A program made the translations under genes and the position numbers. Below the pieces are notes generated by a model. That model was not told the DNA's origin. It saw only the letters and a program-made list of their open reading frames with translations, and searched no databases. From the NCBI GenBank assembly GCA_964647615.1, contig CAZYIV010000004.1, forward strand, positions 6,236 to 70,235: DNA of 64,000 bases. The letters are read 5' to 3'. This stretch comes from an uncultured Gemmatimonadaceae bacterium (lineage in GTDB: Bacteria > Gemmatimonadota > Gemmatimonadetes > Gemmatimonadales > GWC2-71-9). Below, piece after piece: positions 41,658-51,595 of this stretch. Numbering within the stretch: the stretch's first letter is position 1; each line of letters opens with the position of its first letter.

Positions 41658-43081
41658 GCAAGACCCCTCGTCGCCGCCCGAGCCAGGGCCGGCGGACCGC
41701 CGCCCCGATCACCCCGACCACCCTCTGGGTCGCGGGTGCCGCGCTCGACCGCCAGATGCTCGACTACACCGCCGCCGAAGACCGGCTGTGGGACGGGCGC
41801 CTGATCGCCTGGGACATCCTCGGCAGCCTGGGCCACATCGAGGGCCTGCGTGCCTCCCGCCTGCTCAGCAACTCCGAGTACCTGCGGCTGCGGGCCGGCC
41901 TCCGCCTCGCGCTGCGTGAAGTGGACGCCGGCAAGCTGCGGGTGGGGCCGGAGCACGAGGACGTCCACACCTGTGTCGAGGACTGGCTGGTGCGGCGGGT
42001 CGGGGTGAGCGGGGAACGGCTGCACACCGGCCGCTCGCGCAATGACCAGGTGGCCTGTGACCTGCGGCTGTACCTGAAGGACCGGCTGCTGCTGCTCGCC
42101 GGCGAGGCACTGGACCTCGCGGAGAGCCTGCTGGTGTTCGCCGGCCGCTACCAGAAGGTGCTGTGGCCCGGCTACACCCACACCCGCCGCGCCATGCCCT
42201 CGAGCGCGGGGCTGTGGGCCGCCTCCTACGCCGAGGGGGTGCTCGACGTGGTGGAGGCGCTCCCCGCGGTATGGCAGCGGGTGGACCGCTCCCCGCTGGG
42301 CAGCGCCGCCGGCTACGGCGTGCCCCTGCCGCTCAAGCGGGAAGCGGCCGCGCGGGCGCTCGGCTTCGGCGGGCTGGTGCACAACGTGGCCCTGGTGCAG
42401 AACGGGCGCGGCAAGCTGGAGGCGCTGGTGCTGTTCTGGTGCGTGCAGCTGGGGCACGAACTCGGCAAGCTGTCCACCGACGTCATCACCTACAGCGCGG
42501 ACGAGTACGGCTTCCTGATCCTCCCGCCCGACCTGGCCACCGGCAGCAGCATCATGCCGCACAAGCGGAACCCGGACCTGTTCGAGCTGACCCGGGGGCG
42601 TGCCGCGGCGCTCGAAGGCGAGCTGCTCACCGTGCTGCAGGTGAAGGGCAAGCTCGGCAGCGGCTACCACCGCGACTTCCAGCTGCTCAAGGAGCCGCTG
42701 ATGCGGGGCGTGGACCGGCTGGAGGGGATGCTCTCCATGCTGGCGGTGTCGGTCCCCCGGCTTACGGTGGACGCCGACATCGGACGACTGATCCTCTCCG
42801 GCGGGCCGCTGGCCACCGACGAGGTGATGCGCCGGGTGGAGGGCGGCCGCGCCTTCCGGTCGGCCTACCGCGAGGTCGCCGCCGCCATCAAGGAAGGCGA
42901 CTGGTGGCGCGAACCCTCCACGCCGGAGATCATCGGGCGGCGCAAGAGCACCGGCGGGCTGGGCAACCTGGGGCTGCCGCAGGTGCGGGCCCGGCTGCGG
43001 GCCTGCCGCCGCTGGGCCGATCGTGAGCGGCGCCGGTTCGACAGCGCGATGGACGGCCTCGCCGGCCGCGGGCGCGGATGA
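41654..43081 (+). CDS. argH: Argininosuccinate lyase
   Basis: 475 aa; ATG 41654 overlaps the previous stop (ATGA). Fumarate-lyase signature GSSIMPHKRNPD. Confidence 0.95.
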   Translation: MSKTPRRRPSQGRRTAAPITPTTLWVAGAALDRQMLDYTAAEDRLWDGRLIAWDILGSLGHIEGLRASRLLSNSEYLRLRAGLRLALREVDAGKLRVGPEHEDVHTCVEDWLVRRVGVSGERLHTGRSRNDQVACDLRLYLKDRLLLLAGEALDLAESLLVFAGRYQKVLWPGYTHTRRAMPSSAGLWAASYAEGVLDVVEALPAVWQRVDRSPLGSAAGYGVPLPLKREAAARALGFGGLVHNVALVQNGRGKLEALVLFWCVQLGHELGKLSTDVITYSADEYGFLILPPDLATGSSIMPHKRNPDLFELTRGRAAALEGELLTVLQVKGKLGSGYHRDFQLLKEPLMRGVDRLEGMLSMLAVSVPRLTVDADIGRLILSGGPLATDEVMRRVEGGRAFRSAYREVAAAIKEGDWWREPSTPEIIGRRKSTGGLGNLGLPQVRARLRACRRWADRERRRFDSAMDGLAGRGRG

Positions 43082-43533
43082 GCGGGGACCGCCGCAAGCG
43101 GCTGCTCAAGATCCTGGAACTGATCAGCACCCGGCCGATCCGCACCCAGGAGGAACTGGCCGACGCGCTCGCCGCCGAGGGGTGGAAGGTCACCCAGAGC
43201 TCGGTGAGCCGGGACATCTCGGCCCTCCGGCTGGTGAAGGTGGAGGGCGCCTACCAGCGGCCGGCGCGGGTCGCCGCCGACCCGGAGCACCCCGACGAGC
43301 GGCGCATCGCGGACGGGGTCCTGACCGCGGACGCGGCCGGCGACGCCCTGATCGTCCTGCACACCCCACCCGGCGAGGCCAACCGCGTTGCCGTGGCCAT
43401 TGACCGCCTGGCCTGGCCCGACGTGATCGGGTCCATCGCCGGGGACGACACCCTCTTCCTCGCGGTGAAGCATGCGGCGGCGCAGCAGCGGGTGCTGCGC
43501 CAGCTGCGCCGCCTCGCCGACGCGCGGGCCTAG
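43078..43533 (+). CDS. argR: Arginine repressor
   Basis: 151 aa with an ATGA overlap with argH. Winged-helix IRTQEELADAL...VTQSSVSRDISAL; C-terminal GSIAGDDT arginine-binding motif. Confidence 0.92.
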   Translation: MSGDRRKRLLKILELISTRPIRTQEELADALAAEGWKVTQSSVSRDISALRLVKVEGAYQRPARVAADPEHPDERRIADGVLTADAAGDALIVLHTPPGEANRVAVAIDRLAWPDVIGSIAGDDTLFLAVKHAAAQQRVLRQLRRLADARA

Positions 43534-43542
43534 GAGCGTCCC

Positions 43543-46062
43543 GTGCCGATCCCGCCCGCCGCGCGCGCCGCCCGCTGGAAGACCGGGGCGGTCGCGGGCG
43601 TGGCCCTCGCCTACCTCGCCTGCGCCTTCCTGCTGGACCACGATTCCTGGGCGTGGACCGACATCAGCTACCTGCTGTTCGCCCTGCTCGGGTTCCTCGC
43701 CGGCTGGGCGGCGCTGGCGGCGGCACGGGCCACGACCGATCCGGGCCTGAGCATCGGGCTCCGGTTCTACGCCGCCTCGCATGCCTGCACCGCCGTGGGC
43801 AATCTCGCGTGGCTCGGCATTCAGCTCGCGGGGGGCGACCCCACCTACTCCTGGGCCAACCTGCTCTACCTCGTCAGCTACCCGATGGTGGTGGCGGGCG
43901 TGCTCTCGTTCCCGCGGCAGCGGCACCGGGCGGTGGAACGCTGGCGCATCGTGACTGATGGCGCCATCGCGGTGCTGGCAGGCATCATCCTCACCTGGCT
44001 GCTCGTGGTGCAGCCGCTGGGCGCCGGCGAGCCCGACCTGTTCCGGCGGGCGCTGCTCTTCGCCTACCCGGTGGGCGACCTGCTGATCTTCGTGGTGCTC
44101 ATCCCGTTCCTCCTCGACCCGGTGACGCCGGCATCCGGCGCGGTGCTGCCCCGCCTCGCGGTGGGGCAGGTGCTCTACCTCACCGGGGACCTGGGCTACG
44201 TCCTCGGCGCGGGCGGGCCCGCCTGGCTCCGGGTGGACTGGCCCGACCTGCTCTCCATGGCGGGCTATCTCGGGATGACCTGGGCGATGGAAGCGGTGTT
44301 CCAGCCCCACCCCGGCCCGGTGGAGCCGCGGCGCCGGGTGACCCGGAGCCCGGTGCCGTTCCTGCTTGGCGCCGCGGTGTACCTCATGCTGCTGTACGAG
44401 GCGTGGGACGCCGCGGTCCCCGGCATGCTCACCCTGGCGCTGGTGATGGGGATGGTGACCCTGCTCATCCTGATGCGGGAACGGTTCACCGAGCAGGAGA
44501 ACCTGCGGCTGACGGGCGCCCTCGAGGTCGCGCGGGCCGAGGCAAGGTTCCGCGCGGTGATCGAGCACCTGAGCGTCGGGGTGGTGGTGCAGGATCTCGC
44601 CACTGGGGTCGCGCTCGCCAATCCTGCGGCACTCCGGCTCCTGGGGGTGACCCTGGAGGAACTCCAGCGTCGTCCCCTGGGTGAGCCTGGCTGGGACGTC
44701 GTCCGGGAGGATGGGACCCAGATCCTGCCGGCCGATCGTCCGGTGGTCCAGGCGGTCACGACGGGCCGGCCGGTCACCAACACGGTGCTCGGCGTGAGCC
44801 AGCCACCGGGGGCGCCGAGGGTCTGGCTGCTGGTGAGTGCCAACCCCCTCGTCGACGCCGACGGCCGGCTCGCCGAGGTCCTGGTCGGATTCCAGGACAT
44901 CACCGAGCGGCGCGACCTCGAGGGACGGCTGCGCCAGGCCCAGCGGATGGAGGCGGTGGGCCAGCTGGCGGGCGGCGTCGCGCACGACTTCAACAACCTC
45001 CTCACCGCCATCATCGGGTACTCCTCGGTGGTGCAGCGCGACCTGATGGAAGACGGCGCGCGGATGGAGGATGTCGCCGAGATCCGGGCCGCCGCGGAGC
45101 GCGCCGCCGCACTCACCCAGCAGCTGCTCGCCTTCGGCCGGCGCCAGCTGCTGCAGCCCGAGGTGCTCAGCATCAACGACGTGGTCCGCGACGCGGAGCG
45201 GCTGCTGCGCCGCCTGCTGGGCGAGGATATCCGCATCGTGAGCCGCCTCGCGCCCAACCTCCCGGCGGTGCGGGTGGACCGGGGCCAGCTGGAGCAGGTG
45301 ATCATCAACCTGGCCGTGAACGCGCGCGACGCGATGCCCCAGGGTGGCGAGCTGACCCTGCACACCACGACCGAGGACGGCGGCGGGCCCGGCGACGCCA
45401 CCTGGGCCCCGCCGGCGGGCGCGGTGCTGCTCAGCGTGCACGACACCGGCCACGGCATGGACGAGATGACCCGGGCCCAGGCCTTCGATCCGTTCTTCAC
45501 CACCAAGCCGGTGGGGAAGGGCACCGGCCTCGGGCTCTCCACGGTGTACGGCATCGTGCGGCAGAGCGGAGGGGAGGTGCGGCTGGAGAGCGAGCCGGGC
45601 CTGGGGACCACCGTGCGGCTCTGGCTGCCGGCGGCCGAGGCCGTGCCCGAGGCACGGGAGACGACGCCGGTCCCGCTGCCCCCGCCAGGCCGGGAGACGA
45701 TCCTCGTGGTGGAGGACGAGCCGGCGCTGCTCCGGGTCATGCAGCGCACGCTCGAATCGCGGGGCTACGAGGTCCACGTGGCGGCCTCGCCGGCGGCGGC
45801 GCGCGCCTGGCTGGCCGAGCACCCCCGCGGGCCCGACCTGCTGCTGACCGACGTCGTCATGCCGGGCGGCAGCGGCCCCGAGCTCGCGGCGGAACTGCAT
45901 CGCGCGCTCCCCGGGCTGCCCACGCTCTTCATCAGTGGCTACGCCGACGAGGCCACCCTCCGGTATGGCCTCGACCAGGAGAACGCCACGCTGCTGTCCA
46001 AGCCCTTCTCCCCGGATGCACTGGCGGCGCGGGTCCGCGCCGTGCTCGATCAGGCCGGCTGA
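43543..46062 (+). CDS. Membrane-bound hybrid sensor histidine kinase (multi-TM sensor-PAS-HisKA-HATPase-REC)
   Basis: 839 aa. About 8-10 hydrophobic helices in the first 300 aa. H-box GGVAHDFNNLLTAIIGY; DTGHGM/GTGLGLSTVYG. Receiver ILVVEDEPALL...TDVVMPGGSG...SKPF. Confidence 0.92.
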   Translation: MPIPPAARAARWKTGAVAGVALAYLACAFLLDHDSWAWTDISYLLFALLGFLAGWAALAAARATTDPGLSIGLRFYAASHACTAVGNLAWLGIQLAGGDPTYSWANLLYLVSYPMVVAGVLSFPRQRHRAVERWRIVTDGAIAVLAGIILTWLLVVQPLGAGEPDLFRRALLFAYPVGDLLIFVVLIPFLLDPVTPASGAVLPRLAVGQVLYLTGDLGYVLGAGGPAWLRVDWPDLLSMAGYLGMTWAMEAVFQPHPGPVEPRRRVTRSPVPFLLGAAVYLMLLYEAWDAAVPGMLTLALVMGMVTLLILMRERFTEQENLRLTGALEVARAEARFRAVIEHLSVGVVVQDLATGVALANPAALRLLGVTLEELQRRPLGEPGWDVVREDGTQILPADRPVVQAVTTGRPVTNTVLGVSQPPGAPRVWLLVSANPLVDADGRLAEVLVGFQDITERRDLEGRLRQAQRMEAVGQLAGGVAHDFNNLLTAIIGYSSVVQRDLMEDGARMEDVAEIRAAAERAAALTQQLLAFGRRQLLQPEVLSINDVVRDAERLLRRLLGEDIRIVSRLAPNLPAVRVDRGQLEQVIINLAVNARDAMPQGGELTLHTTTEDGGGPGDATWAPPAGAVLLSVHDTGHGMDEMTRAQAFDPFFTTKPVGKGTGLGLSTVYGIVRQSGGEVRLESEPGLGTTVRLWLPAAEAVPEARETTPVPLPPPGRETILVVEDEPALLRVMQRTLESRGYEVHVAASPAAARAWLAEHPRGPDLLLTDVVMPGGSGPELAAELHRALPGLPTLFISGYADEATLRYGLDQENATLLSKPFSPDALAARVRAVLDQAG

Positions 46063-46077
46063 CTCCCGGGGCCGCCG

Positions 46078-48123
46078 ATGCACGCCCTCGAACATTTCCT
46101 GCGGGACCTCGCCGTCGTGCTGGTGACGGCGGGCGCGACCACGGTGCTGTTCCAGCGCCTGCGCTGGCCGGTGGTGGCCGGGTACCTGGTGGCGGGCGTC
46201 ATCGTCGGCCCGAGCGTCCCGCCGAACTGGGTCTCCGACGAGACCACCATCCGCCTGCTCTCCGAGCTGGGCGTCATCCTGCTGATGTTCAGCATCGGGC
46301 TCGAGTTCCGCCTCGGACGGCTGGCCCGCGCCGGCGGCCGGGGGCTGGTCGCGGCGACGGTGGAGATCGGGCTCACTCTGGCGCTGGGGTTCGCGGTGGG
46401 GCGCGCCTTCGGCCTGAGCCAGGTGGGCAGCCTCTTCGTCGGCGGCGCGGTGGCCGCCAGCAGCACCATGATCCTCGCCAAGGTGCTGGAGGAGCACCCG
46501 GTCGAGCCCGGCCTGCGGGAGAGCGTCTTCGGGCTGATGCTGTTCGAGGACCTGGGCGCGATGCTCATCATCGCGCTGCTCACGGCGGCCGCCTCCGGAG
46601 CGGGCCTCACCGGCGCGGCGCTGGCCACCACGGTCGGCCGGCTGGTCGGCGTGCTGGCGCTGTTCCTGGTGGCCGGGCTCGCGGTGGTGCCGCGAGCGGC
46701 CCACGCGGTGATCGGGCTCCGGAAGCCCGAGACCACGCTCGTGAGCATGGTCGGCTTCGCCTTCGGGATGTCGTTCCTCGCCGCCGCCGCCGGGTTCTCC
46801 GTGGCCCTCGGCGCCTTCCTGGCGGGACTGCTCGTGGCGGAGTCCGGCGCCGGCCGGCTGGTCGAGGAAGAGGTCCGCCCGCTGCGCGACATGTTCGGCG
46901 CGATCTTCTTCGTCGCGACCGGCATGCAGCTCGACGTCCGGTTGCTGCCGGCGGCCTGGCCGCTGGTTCTCGGGTTGCTGCTCGTGGTGCTGGTGGGCCG
47001 GCCGGTGGCGGTGACCCTCGGGGTGTTCCTCTCGGGGCGCTCGCTCCGCACCGCGGTCCGCTCCGGCTTCCTGGTGTCCCAGATCGGCGAGTTCTCCTTC
47101 ATCCTCGCCGCGGTGGGGGTGCAGTTCGGGGTGGTCCCGGAGGCCTTCGTGGCCGCGGCGGTGGCGGCCGCGATCGTGAGCGCCCTGCTCGCCACCCGCC
47201 TGGCCCGCGCCGGCGACCCGGTGGCGGAATGGCTCGACGCCCGCCTGCCGCACCGGGTCCAGATGCTGGTGTCGCTGTACGGTGCATGGGTGGAGGCGCT
47301 CCGCACCGCGCCGCGGGAGCGCTCGCCCTGGGCCCCGGTGCGGCGCACGGCGCGGTGGCTGGTGACCGACGCCCTCGTCGTCGCGGGGCTCGTGATCCTG
47401 GGCTCGACGGTGCGCAACCGGCTGGTGGACCTGCTGCTCGCCCGGGGCGTGGCGCCCGCGCTGGTGAGCTGGGTGGTGGGCGTGGTGACGGCGGTGCTGG
47501 TCAGCCCGTTCCTGTTCGGGATCGTGCGACTGGCGCGGACGGTCGGTGAGGAGCTCGCCGAGGTGGCGATTCCCTCGCCGGTGGGCAGGCGGGTGGACAA
47601 CGGACGCGCCCCGCGGCGGGCGCTCGGTGTCCTGGCCTGGATCGTGGCGCTGCTGGTGGTGGGGGCGCCGCTGGTGGCCGTCACCCAGCCCTTCCTGCCA
47701 CCGCTCTCCGGCCTGCTGGTGCTGGGCGCGATCCTGACCCTGCTGCTCGGCATCCTCTGGCGCCGGGCCACCGACCTGTTCGGCCACATGCAGGCCGGTG
47801 CCGAGGTGGTGGTGGCGATGCTGGCCCGGCAGTCGCACGCGGAGGACCCGCGCGTGGCCATGGTGCGCCAGCTGCTGCCCGGGCTCGGCGACTTCGAGCC
47901 GGTCCGCGTCGGCCCGGCGAGCAGCTGCGCCGGGCGTACGCTCGGCGCCCTCAACCTGCGCGGGCGGACCGGCGCCACCGTGGTGGGGCTGCTGCGCGGC
48001 GACCGCCAGGTGGCCTGGCCCGAGGCCGGCGAAGTGCTCCAGGCGGGCGACCTCGTCGCCCTCACCGGCAGTCACGAGGCGATCGCCGCCGCGACCGCCA
48101 TGCTCAGCGGAGACCCGACATGA
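46078..48123 (+). CDS. Cation:proton antiporter (CPA2/Kef-type) with C-terminal TrkA-C (RCK_C) domain
   Basis: 681 aa. N-terminus LAVVLVTAGATTVLFQRLRWPVVAGYLVAGVIVGPS is typical of Kef/YbaL. C-terminal GRTLGALNLRGRTGATVVGLLRGD...GDLVALTG. Confidence 0.92.
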   Translation: MHALEHFLRDLAVVLVTAGATTVLFQRLRWPVVAGYLVAGVIVGPSVPPNWVSDETTIRLLSELGVILLMFSIGLEFRLGRLARAGGRGLVAATVEIGLTLALGFAVGRAFGLSQVGSLFVGGAVAASSTMILAKVLEEHPVEPGLRESVFGLMLFEDLGAMLIIALLTAAASGAGLTGAALATTVGRLVGVLALFLVAGLAVVPRAAHAVIGLRKPETTLVSMVGFAFGMSFLAAAAGFSVALGAFLAGLLVAESGAGRLVEEEVRPLRDMFGAIFFVATGMQLDVRLLPAAWPLVLGLLLVVLVGRPVAVTLGVFLSGRSLRTAVRSGFLVSQIGEFSFILAAVGVQFGVVPEAFVAAAVAAAIVSALLATRLARAGDPVAEWLDARLPHRVQMLVSLYGAWVEALRTAPRERSPWAPVRRTARWLVTDALVVAGLVILGSTVRNRLVDLLLARGVAPALVSWVVGVVTAVLVSPFLFGIVRLARTVGEELAEVAIPSPVGRRVDNGRAPRRALGVLAWIVALLVVGAPLVAVTQPFLPPLSGLLVLGAILTLLLGILWRRATDLFGHMQAGAEVVVAMLARQSHAEDPRVAMVRQLLPGLGDFEPVRVGPASSCAGRTLGALNLRGRTGATVVGLLRGDRQVAWPEAGEVLQAGDLVALTGSHEAIAAATAMLSGDPT

Positions 48124-48536
48124 CGCGCATCCTTCCCCTGCTGCTCCTCCTCGCCGCCTGTCAGGCCGGGACCCACACCCTCGCCGCCGACCAGGCCCAG
48201 CGGTTCCAGGCCGAGGGCGTCATCCGCCAGGCCGACGACCAGGTGTTCCGCTACACCTACTACTCACGCAGCACGCGGGGCAATCGCTGGGAGGACCGCG
48301 ACGCCTCGATCCTGGTGACGCCGCACTCGGTGTTCATCCACAAGAACGGGAAGGTGGGGCTGGACCTGACGCCGGCGAGCCGGAAGGAGAACGACGTGCG
48401 GCGGGACGGCGACCGGGTGATCATCAGCTCCGGCAGCGGGCAGAGCCGGGTGTCGTGGTCGTTCCGCCCGCCGGCGGATGCCCCCGGCTGGACCGAGGAC
48501 ATCCGCAAGGTACTGGAGGGAACCGGGGCGCCCTGA
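48120..48536 (+). CDS. Hypothetical lipoprotein
   Basis: 138 aa. ATGA overlap with the antiporter gene; lipobox LLLLAAC. Confidence 0.65.
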   Translation: MTRILPLLLLLAACQAGTHTLAADQAQRFQAEGVIRQADDQVFRYTYYSRSTRGNRWEDRDASILVTPHSVFIHKNGKVGLDLTPASRKENDVRRDGDRVIISSGSGQSRVSWSFRPPADAPGWTEDIRKVLEGTGAP

Positions 48537-48545
48537 GGGCGCCCC
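48525..48545. terminator. Palindromic hairpin spanning a stop codon between convergent genes
   Basis: GGGGCGCCC-TGA-GGGCGCCCC, a perfect 9-bp stem. The loop is the lipoprotein stop codon. The convergent permease gene ends at 48549. Confidence 0.4.
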
Positions 48546-48548
48546 GCC

Positions 48549-51041
48549 TCATTCGTAGCGCAGCGCCTGGACCGGGTCCACCTGGCTGGCACGCCGCGCC
48601 GGGAGGTAGGCGGCGGCGAGGGCCACCACCGCCAGCATCGCGAGCGAGAGCCCGAACACCACCGGGTCGTGCCCCTGCAGGCCGTAGAGCAGTGACTGCG
48701 CGGCCCGCCCGGCCCCGAGTGCCGCGACCGCGCCGGTCAGCCCGCCGATCACCAGCATGACCATCACCTGCCGCACCACCAGGGCCCGCACCCGGCCGGC
48801 ATCCGCGCCGAGCGCCATCCGCACGCCGATCTCCCGGGTGCGCTGGGCCACGGTGTAGGCCAGCACGCCGTAGAGGCCCACCGCGGCCAGCAGGGTGGCG
48901 AGTGCCGCGAACGCCGCCGACAGGATGCTGATGGTGCGGTCGAGGGAGATATTCTCCCGCACCTGCTGCGGCATGGTCTTGAGGTCCTCGATCGGGACCG
49001 ACGGATCAATGGCCTTGAGCACCGGCGGGATCGCCCGGAGCAGCTGGTCGCCCGGCAGGTTGGAGCGGATGTAGTAGTACAGGTGCCCGACGTCGGTGTC
49101 CTGCCGCCAGGGGCGGAAGAACAGCGGCGGCACCTCGTCCTTCACCTGGCTGTACTTGGCGTCCTGCACCAGGCCGACGATCTCGATGTCGAGCGAGTCC
49201 GGGCCCCGGTCGGACATGTACTTGCCGACGGCGTCCTGGCCCAGGTTGAACTTCTTCGCGAACGCCTGGTTCACCACCGCGACCTTGTGGCCGCCCTGCA
49301 GGTCCTGCAGGGTGAACTCGCGCCCCGCGACGACCGGCGTCCCGAACAGCGCGAAGTAGCCCTCGCCCACCTCGTTGTAGCGCGAGTTGTTGTCCACGTC
49401 GGGCCCCTCGGGGAAGCCCTGCACGTGCACGTCGGTGCCCCAGTTGCTCCCGGCGAGCAGCGGCACCAGGCTGGCCGAGACGGCGTTGACGCCGGGGATC
49501 GCCTCCAGCGACTCCTGGACCCGGGCGTAGAGCTGGCCCGCGCGGAGGCTGTCGTAGCCGGCGCGGCTCGGGGCAATGCTGAAGGTCACCACCTGGTCCA
49601 GCTTCACGCCCAGGTCGGTGCGGGTGACGTTCACCAGGCTCTTGAGGAAGAGGCCGGCGCAGATGAGCAGCGCCGAGGCCAGCGCGATCTGCACCGTCAC
49701 CAGCACCGCGCGGAACCGCGCCGCGCCCCGGTGCCCCAGGATCTGGCCCGCCCCGGCGCGGATGGCGGTGATGAGATCCGCCCGGGTGTTGTGGAAGGCG
49801 GGGAACAGCCCGAACAGCAGCCCGGTGGCCACCGACAGCAGTCCCGCGAACAGCAGCACCGAGGGCTGCAGCGTGAAGATCAGCGAGGACGCGGCCTCCG
49901 GTGGCACCAGCGAGGCGATGCCGTCCAGCGTCCACCGTGCCACCAGCAGGCTCGCGGTGCCCCCCATCAGCGCCAGCATCACCGCCTCGGTGAGCAGCTG
50001 CAGCACCAGCTGGCGCCGGCCCGCGCCGAGCGCCAGCCGCACCCCCATCTCGGTGGCCCGGCCGGCGCCCCGCGCCAGCAGCAGGTTGGCGATGTTGGCG
50101 CAGGCGATCAGCAGCACGATTCCGGTCACGCTGAAGAGCAGCAGCAGCGGGGTCCGCGCCTCCTTGTGGACGCTGCTCTGCCCGTGGGCCCCGGGGTTCA
50201 CCCCGACCTTCTTGGCCTTGAACCGCGCCAGCGTCGCGTCGCTCATCCCCTTCTGCAGCGGCGCCTCGACGTCGGCGAGGATCGGGGTGTAGATGCCGTT
50301 GAGCGCGGCGGAGGCCTGGTCCAGGGTGACCCCGGGCTTGAGCCGGCCGAAGAGGTACAGCCAGTACACCCGCCGGTTCTCGTAGCGGCCGAAGCTGCCG
50401 AGGGTCTCGCTCATGGTGAGCGGGACGTACACCAGCGGCCGGGAGCCGAGGGTCGTGCCCTCGAAGCCCTGCGGGGCCACGCCCACCACCTGCATGGATT
50501 TGCCGTTGATGATGAAGGTCTGCCCCAGCACCCCCGGGTCCCCGCCGAAGTGCCCCTGCCAGTAGGCATAGCTGAGCACCGCGACGTAGTTGCCGGCCAC
50601 CGGCTCGTCATCGGCGGGGCCGAGCAGCCGGCCCAGCGCCGGCCGGATGCCGAGGGTCGGGAAGTAGGAGCCGGAGACGAAGACCCCGTCGCCGGTGTGG
50701 GGCTCGTTCTTGACCGAGAAGCTGGCGTTGAAGAGCCGGTGGGCCGCCAGGCCGGTGAGGACCTTCTGTTCCCGTTCCAGGTCCCGGAACATCGGGTAGG
50801 TGAAGACCTCGTCGCAGTCGCCGGCCTGGTTGCAGGACTGGGAGCCCGGGTTGGGGCCCGGCGCGGTGAGCTGGATCAGCTCCCCCGGGTCGGGCACCGG
50901 GAGCGGCTGCAGCAGCATCTGGTCGAAGAGGGAGTAGATCGCGGCGTTGGCCCCGATCCCGAGCGCCAGCGACAGCACCGCGACCGCGGTCACGAAGGGC
51001 GTCTTGAACAGGGTACGGAAGGCGAGCTTGACGTGGCGCAT
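48549..51041 (-). CDS. ADOP-family duplicated FtsX/MacB-type ABC permease (orphan, no adjacent ATPase)
   Basis: 830 aa. N-terminus LAFRTLFKTPFVTAVAVLSLALGIGANAAIYSLFDQMLLQPLP is characteristic of the duplicated orphan permease family. Two FtsX-type 4-TM modules are present. Confidence 0.92.
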   Translation of the reverse strand: MRHVKLAFRTLFKTPFVTAVAVLSLALGIGANAAIYSLFDQMLLQPLPVPDPGELIQLTAPGPNPGSQSCNQAGDCDEVFTYPMFRDLEREQKVLTGLAAHRLFNASFSVKNEPHTGDGVFVSGSYFPTLGIRPALGRLLGPADDEPVAGNYVAVLSYAYWQGHFGGDPGVLGQTFIINGKSMQVVGVAPQGFEGTTLGSRPLVYVPLTMSETLGSFGRYENRRVYWLYLFGRLKPGVTLDQASAALNGIYTPILADVEAPLQKGMSDATLARFKAKKVGVNPGAHGQSSVHKEARTPLLLLFSVTGIVLLIACANIANLLLARGAGRATEMGVRLALGAGRRQLVLQLLTEAVMLALMGGTASLLVARWTLDGIASLVPPEAASSLIFTLQPSVLLFAGLLSVATGLLFGLFPAFHNTRADLITAIRAGAGQILGHRGAARFRAVLVTVQIALASALLICAGLFLKSLVNVTRTDLGVKLDQVVTFSIAPSRAGYDSLRAGQLYARVQESLEAIPGVNAVSASLVPLLAGSNWGTDVHVQGFPEGPDVDNNSRYNEVGEGYFALFGTPVVAGREFTLQDLQGGHKVAVVNQAFAKKFNLGQDAVGKYMSDRGPDSLDIEIVGLVQDAKYSQVKDEVPPLFFRPWRQDTDVGHLYYYIRSNLPGDQLLRAIPPVLKAIDPSVPIEDLKTMPQQVRENISLDRTISILSAAFAALATLLAAVGLYGVLAYTVAQRTREIGVRMALGADAGRVRALVVRQVMVMLVIGGLTGAVAALGAGRAAQSLLYGLQGHDPVVFGLSLAMLAVVALAAAYLPARRASQVDPVQALRYE

Positions 51042-51179
51042 CGGCGGCTCGTCGAGGGGGAGGGGACCGGGTCAGTGTTTGATCCTGCCCTGACTGCCCT
51101 TCGGGCCGCCAGGTTTCAGGTTGGACACCGTGTCACCCGGAAGGGTTGCAGCCCCCGTCCGCCCGGGGCCGCGCCGGCC

Positions 51180-51560
51180 TCAGGCCCCCGGCCCCAGCTG
51201 TTCGGCGATGGTCCGGGTCCGGTCGGTCACCACTTCGCCGGTGTGGGCGGTGGCGGCCGGCTCGAACAGCGCCAGCCAGCACTCCTCCTCCGCCACCGGG
51301 CAGTGACGGACGCCCCGCGGCACCACCACGCACTCGCCGGGATGCAGCACCACGTCGCCCTCCTCGAACCGGATCCGCAGGCTGCCGCGCAGCACCAGGA
51401 ACAGCTCATCCTCCCGCTCGTGCTGGTGCCAGATGAACTCGCCCTGGACCCGCACCACCTTCACGTACTGGCCGTTGAGCTCGGCCACGACGCGCGGCGA
51501 CCACTGGTCGGTGAGTTCGGCGATGCGCCGCTCGAGGTGGATCGGCGTGGGGAGGGACAT
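51180..51560 (-). CDS. Cupin domain protein
   Basis: 126 aa from ATG 51560. WHQHEREDELFLVLRG...GECVVVPRGVRH cupin motifs. The longer ORF to 52133 overlaps the next gene. Confidence 0.85.
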   Translation of the reverse strand: MSLPTPIHLERRIAELTDQWSPRVVAELNGQYVKVVRVQGEFIWHQHEREDELFLVLRGSLRIRFEEGDVVLHPGECVVVPRGVRHCPVAEEECWLALFEPAATAHTGEVVTDRTRTIAEQLGPGA

Positions 51561-51595
51561 GCGGCGCGCTCCAGGGAGGGGGGCTGGGGCCAAAG

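Noticed and set aside
42865-48075. 1736-aa minus-strand ORF
   Set aside because: It is antisense to argH/argR, the hybrid kinase and the Kef antiporter, all recognisable on the plus strand. It is a low-complexity shadow ORF.
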